Below are positions 17,487-20,739 of a stretch of DNA of 20,739 bases, piece by piece (position 1 is the first letter of the stretch; each line of letters begins with the position of its first letter). The stretch lies in the NCBI GenBank assembly GCA_016839605.1, contig JAEOTX010000042.1, positions 1 to 20,739 on the forward strand. Direction: 5' to 3'. A program made the translations under genes and the position numbers. The notes below the pieces were generated by a model. The model saw only the letters and a program-made list of their open reading frames with translations, searched no databases and was not told the origin of the DNA. The DNA comes from Candidatus Thorarchaeota archaeon. Its GTDB lineage: Archaea; Asgardarchaeota; Thorarchaeia; Thorarchaeales; Thorarchaeaceae.

Positions 17487-18296
17487 ATGTCGGACTCTAT
17501 AGTATTCGGTCCAGGAAGACCGCTAATCATGGGACACCGAGGTGATTCAAACAAGGCTCCAGAGAACACAATGCTAGCCCTCAAAGCGGCATTGGAGGTA
17601 GGAGTAGATTTTCTTGAGAGCGATATCAGGCTGACCCGTGACGACGAATTAGTTCTGTTCCATGATGATGACTTGAGAAGGACAACTGGCGAATTTGGAT
17701 CTGTACGTGAACGCACGCTGGAGGAGCTTCGACAAATAGACTTCGGCTACATGTTCACTCAAGATGGTGTGACATTTCCGTTCAGGGATAAGGGACTGTC
17801 AGTTGTGACTCTCCGAGAAGCCTTCGAGGAGCTCCCGCAGACTAGATTCAACCTTGACATCAAGGACTCTGACAGAAGAGCTCCACATGTGCTTGCCGAA
17901 GTGCTTGAGGAATATGATAGACTTAGTACGGTAACTATTGCATCCTTCATTCCTGAGCAGATGACACTCTTTAGAGAACTCACCCCTGACGCCATAACTT
18001 CAGCGCATCCAAAAGAGGTCAGGAATTTCGTACTGGGCACCAGATTCCGGGTATTGAGTCTCTTATCGAGAAACATCCAGTATAAGGCATTTCAAGTTCC
18101 TATCAAATATGGCTCCACATCTGTGATCAGCAAAAGGTTCGTTGAGCAAGCGCACAAGCGAAGGATTGCGGTACACGTATGGACCATCAACGATAGAAAC
18201 GAGATGGAGTGGTTGATAGATTTAGGAGTGGACGGCATCTTCACGGATGAGCTTACATTGATGCGAGAGGTGCTTTCGGAGCGCGGGATGCTATAG
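17487..18296 (+). CDS. Glycerophosphodiester phosphodiesterase (GlpQ/UgpQ family)
   Basis: IMGHRG...APENT, ESDIRLTRD...VLFHD, NLDIK, VHVWTIND, LGVDGIFTD. Confidence 0.93.
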   Translation: MSDSIVFGPGRPLIMGHRGDSNKAPENTMLALKAALEVGVDFLESDIRLTRDDELVLFHDDDLRRTTGEFGSVRERTLEELRQIDFGYMFTQDGVTFPFRDKGLSVVTLREAFEELPQTRFNLDIKDSDRRAPHVLAEVLEEYDRLSTVTIASFIPEQMTLFRELTPDAITSAHPKEVRNFVLGTRFRVLSLLSRNIQYKAFQVPIKYGSTSVISKRFVEQAHKRRIAVHVWTINDRNEMEWLIDLGVDGIFTDELTLMREVLSERGML

Positions 18297-18471
18297 CATT
18301 TCCATGACATCCGGATAATATGTGTTAACATGCGATTGCGTAGAGAATCACTAGGATTGGGGAGAGGCAGAATATCTTAATATGTGCACTCAGAGGGGTT
18401 ACTCTTCGAAGTCACGCGGGTCTCTAAAAGGGGACCGAGGCTTGACGAAGACCGTGTTGGTGAATCTACTA

Positions 18472-18606
18472 ATGACCTGTCCAGAGTACGATGCAGCTGA
18501 AGGCAAATGCGGGGTAGATGGCTTCAAGTTCTATACGGGGATGCAAAAGCCCTGTGAAACACCGGGAATCACCAAGGATAAGTGTCCAAGATTCGCGATG
18601 TCTTAA
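18472..18606 (+). CDS. 44-aa four-cysteine microprotein (putative metal-binding)
   Basis: MTCPEYDAAEGKCGVDGFKFYTGMQKPCETPGITKDKCPRFAMS; GGTGA (18459-18463) 8 nt before ATG 18472; AT-rich box AATATCTTAATAT at 18371-18383. Confidence 0.65.
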   Translation: MTCPEYDAAEGKCGVDGFKFYTGMQKPCETPGITKDKCPRFAMS

Positions 18607-18609
18607 TTG

Positions 18610-18792
18610 AACACTGCATTCCAAAACCCCAATGGGGCTGAGCCAGACCGCGCTGTCAGGTGTCAGTCCTACTTCTTTCTTATTTCTATTGTGTGAATCT
18701 GATTCTGGAGTTGTATCTGTAATAATCCGAGGAGGATACGGACTAAGTCCTACGAAATGAAACAATAGAAAAAAGGATGGGGTTTCAATGTT
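18610..18792. ncRNA. Candidate structured intergenic RNA element (family unknown)
   Basis: Nested complementary segments: AAACCCCA (18624-31)/TGGGGTTT (18778-85), GGGCTGA (18635-41)/TCAGTCC (18663-69), TTTCTATTGT (18683-92)/ACAATAGAAA (18762-71), GTATCT/GGATAC and GGAC-TAA-GTCC. Confidence 0.35.
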
Positions 18793-18905
18793 ATTGGGAG
18801 TCTGTCCGAGCATTTGTTAAAAGCGAGTAACGGAAGGGGACTTTGGGACCAATATAATAGGAGGCTACCGGGATTCCGAAGAAACCCCTTTCAAGAAAAC
18901 CATTC

Positions 18906-19646
18906 ATGCTTATGCTTCAAGACGACTCCGGTGAGGTGACACCCGTAGAGCTGGATGTGTCATTAGTTGCTAGCGACGCTGCAGTCATAGTGCTTGACGA
19001 ATATAGTGATACGTGCTGGGTCTTTGTCGGACGTTCTGTAAACATGCCCACACGGATGCATGCACTTCGAATCGGCAAGAGTGTGGCAAAATCAGGCTAT
19101 AAAATAGGGATAACCAACATTGGAATGGCATCCACCAACTACGTGGAAATGTTAGAGAAAGATGATGGCGATCCCGAGGTTGCAGGAGCCATTGAAAGGT
19201 TCAGGAACGCCATTACCAAGAGGTGGCAGTTTGAAGATCAGTTCTTGGCATTTGAGGCAGAACCTGGACCACCAATAGCTCGTGAAACACGACCAGTCAG
19301 GCTAGCACCAGAACCAGCGCCAACAGTTCCCGACACTCCCACAATCACAGCTACAACGGTTGCCGAAGAACCTGAGCCAGCGCCAGTTGTTGCCGCTCCT
19401 GCTGGTGCGGCTGAACAAAAGACGGCATTCCTAATCTACTCCGCTGTCCGAAACGCAGACTTGGTTTATACCGAGCGTTTCGAGCGAGATGGAAAGATGG
19501 GCGTCAAAATCGAAGCTCCAGGCGTAATGGTGATCGAAGCAGTGCAAGAAGGTGATGACCTTCTTATCGATCCGGCCGACTTTGGTGGCACGGATGAAGC
19601 AGCCCATATCAAGTCCGATTATGAATCATGGGTCGGCAAGCTTTAG
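18906..19646 (+). CDS. Single-domain gelsolin/villin-like protein with Pro-rich linker and unknown C-terminal domain (start possibly ATT 18873)
   Basis: LDVSLVASDAAVIVLDEYSDTCWVFVGRSVNMPTRMHALRIGKSV follows the gelsolin-repeat pattern (SLxSxDxFILD...xYxWxGxxxNxxExxxAxxxAxxh). It is followed by a PEPAP-containing linker and a ~75-aa alpha/beta domain. Confidence 0.65.
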   Translation: MLMLQDDSGEVTPVELDVSLVASDAAVIVLDEYSDTCWVFVGRSVNMPTRMHALRIGKSVAKSGYKIGITNIGMASTNYVEMLEKDDGDPEVAGAIERFRNAITKRWQFEDQFLAFEAEPGPPIARETRPVRLAPEPAPTVPDTPTITATTVAEEPEPAPVVAAPAGAAEQKTAFLIYSAVRNADLVYTERFERDGKMGVKIEAPGVMVIEAVQEGDDLLIDPADFGGTDEAAHIKSDYESWVGKL

Positions 19647-19692
19647 CTCACCCATTCTCCAACGGCAGACTTGATAGGAAACAGGATAGGTT

Positions 19693-19712
19693 GGGGCCTC
19701 TTTGGAGGTCCC
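19693..19712. terminator. Hairpin between convergent genes (possible terminator)
   Basis: GGGGCCTC-TTTG-GAGGTCCC, an 8-bp stem with one G-U pair. Confidence 0.4.
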
Positions 19713-19732
19713 TCCTTCAAGGCATGATTGTT

Positions 19733-20497
19733 TTATTCTATTAGTTGACGATACCAGTACGTAAACTTCTGTCGGAAGCCCAGATTCTCATAGAGCTGTA
19801 TGGCTGATTCATTGTCTGCTTCCACTTGAAGATAGGCCTCCTGCGCACCCTTATCCTCAGCCCATGAAATCAGAGCACGGTTGATTGATTTGGCGACTCC
19901 TTTGCGCATATGCTCCTCATCAGTCCGTACACCAAAGATTCCAAGCCACCCTCGATAGATTACGCCAATGGAGATTCCTATCACTGAACCCCTTTCTCGA
20001 ACAGAAGCAAACCTCTTTTCAACAGGCATTCTCTCGAAAATCCCTTTCCGAACTCTCAAGGTTTCTGCTGAATGACCACTTATACGAGAGTAAGAAGAGA
20101 ACCATTCATCATCTGGTTCTGAGGACATCTCTACTTTATACCCGCCGCTGACCTTCAGGATATCCTCAATCCTACAAGTATGAAATAAAGTCTTCATCTC
20201 ATATGCAAATCCATGCTTTGCGAGGGCATCATCCAATCCTCTGGGCAGGCTGGCTTTGGTCAGTTGGAATCTAGGAATTAGTTCCCGACTTCTATAGAAT
20301 TTGACTACATAATCAATTGCTTCATCTAAGGGTAAACTTGGGTCACCGAATGGAAATACGCTATTGGCTCTTCTAGTCACACCAGCATCTGCTCTCATTA
20401 TCCAGTCCCCAAGGGGCACACCTTCCCTTGCTGGCCAAGAATGAAATGCAATCACTTCGAGGTTTCTGATTTCTTGGAGTTCCTCAGAGACTGTCAA
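19733..20497 (-). CDS. GNAT family N-acetyltransferase
   Basis: WPA...GDWIMRADAGVTRRANSV N-terminal region; acetyl-CoA loop EHMRKGVAK; AYLQVEADNESAIQLYENLGF...YWYR. Likely start is TTG 20497; the ORF track opens at 20542. Confidence 0.9.
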   Translation of the reverse strand: MTVSEELQEIRNLEVIAFHSWPAREGVPLGDWIMRADAGVTRRANSVFPFGDPSLPLDEAIDYVVKFYRSRELIPRFQLTKASLPRGLDDALAKHGFAYEMKTLFHTCRIEDILKVSGGYKVEMSSEPDDEWFSSYSRISGHSAETLRVRKGIFERMPVEKRFASVRERGSVIGISIGVIYRGWLGIFGVRTDEEHMRKGVAKSINRALISWAEDKGAQEAYLQVEADNESAIQLYENLGFRQKFTYWYRQLIE

Positions 20498-20597
20498 TAT
20501 GAACCACGCTCCAGGCGCGCCTAATATGAAGCGCCCGTCCATTACATTGATTTAATGGCTTAACATCGGGACTATCGTGTAGGTTGTTGATAAAATA

Positions 20598-20739
20598 ATG
20601 GGAAGACTCCGATGGAACTCCTTTCTTGGCGAGTGGGTAATTGTAACACCCAAGAGGGCGAGTAGGCCATTTCAGGAAGAAGACTATGCGTGCCCCTTCT
20701 GCCCTGACGGTCCTGAAACGCAAGGAAAATGGCGCGTAC
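20598..20739 (+). CDS. galT: Galactose-1-phosphate uridylyltransferase, 5' fragment truncated by the window end (absent from the ORF track)
   Basis: Hand translation from ATG 20598: MGRLRWNSFLGEWVIVTPKRASRPFQEEDYACPFCPDGPETQGKWRV, matching the GalT N-terminus LRxxxxxGEWVhhxxxRxxRP...CPFCP. Confidence 0.85.
   Translation, partial: MGRLRWNSFLGEWVIVTPKRASRPFQEEDYACPFCPDGPETQGKWRV

Noticed and set aside
18630-18760. Resemblance of the structured element to a TPP riboswitch (GGGG-CTGAG; GAATCTGATTCTGG), hammerhead ribozyme, SECIS, SRP RNA or RNase P RNA
   Set aside because: Motif order and spacing do not fit TPP (no P3 before CUGAG). There is no CUGANGA core, no AUGA/GA quartet next to an in-frame UGA gene, and no SRP or RNase P universal motifs.
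18469-18813. 114-aa minus-strand ORF over the structured element and microprotein
   Set aside because: No SD or motifs, and it overlaps the better-supported plus-strand Cys4 microprotein.
23-20723. Many short ORFs (60-170 aa) in the six-frame track overlapping the called genes, e.g. 1762-2169(-), 13239-13628(-), 15476-15988(+), 20484-20723(-)
   Set aside because: They are antisense or off-frame shadows of well-supported genes and show no recognisable motifs.
1-20739. CRISPR arrays, tRNA/rRNA genes, transposases, integrases or defence systems
   Set aside because: No regularly spaced direct repeats, cloverleaf/T-loop motifs or mobile-element proteins were seen by eye.

Overview
Gene-dense archaeal window that looks like Asgard archaea, most likely Thorarchaeia. 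This is inferred from the GGTGA/GGAGG ribosome-binding sites, archaeal IOR/POR oxidoreductases, tandem membrane-anchored beta-helix surface proteins, a Rab-like GTPase and a gelsolin-like protein. Routine content: iorAB, a NitT/TauT-family ABC transporter with its ATPase gene convergent to the permease, porCDAB, a 4Fe-4S protein, a glycerophosphodiester phosphodiesterase, a GNAT acetyltransferase and the 5' end of galT. The standout is a 767-aa cytoplasmic protein (2616-4919, minus strand) that fuses a 7-blade FG-GAP-like beta-propeller (blades resemble eukaryotic BBS2/ITFG2), an Ig-like beta-sandwich, a long acidic/Pro linker and an intact C-terminal Rab-like GTPase. It is a candidate single-chain coat/adaptor plus small GTPase. 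A second notable locus (18370-19720) holds a 44-aa four-Cys microprotein with a structured leader, a ~180-nt multi-stem intergenic element and a single-domain gelsolin-like gene that may start at ATT. Also present: a divergent Alba/SpoVS-fold protein and a CDF transporter with altered metal-site residues flanked by winged-helix-like domains. No CRISPR array, tRNA, rRNA or transposase was seen. All family calls come from motif recognition by eye; no database searches were run.
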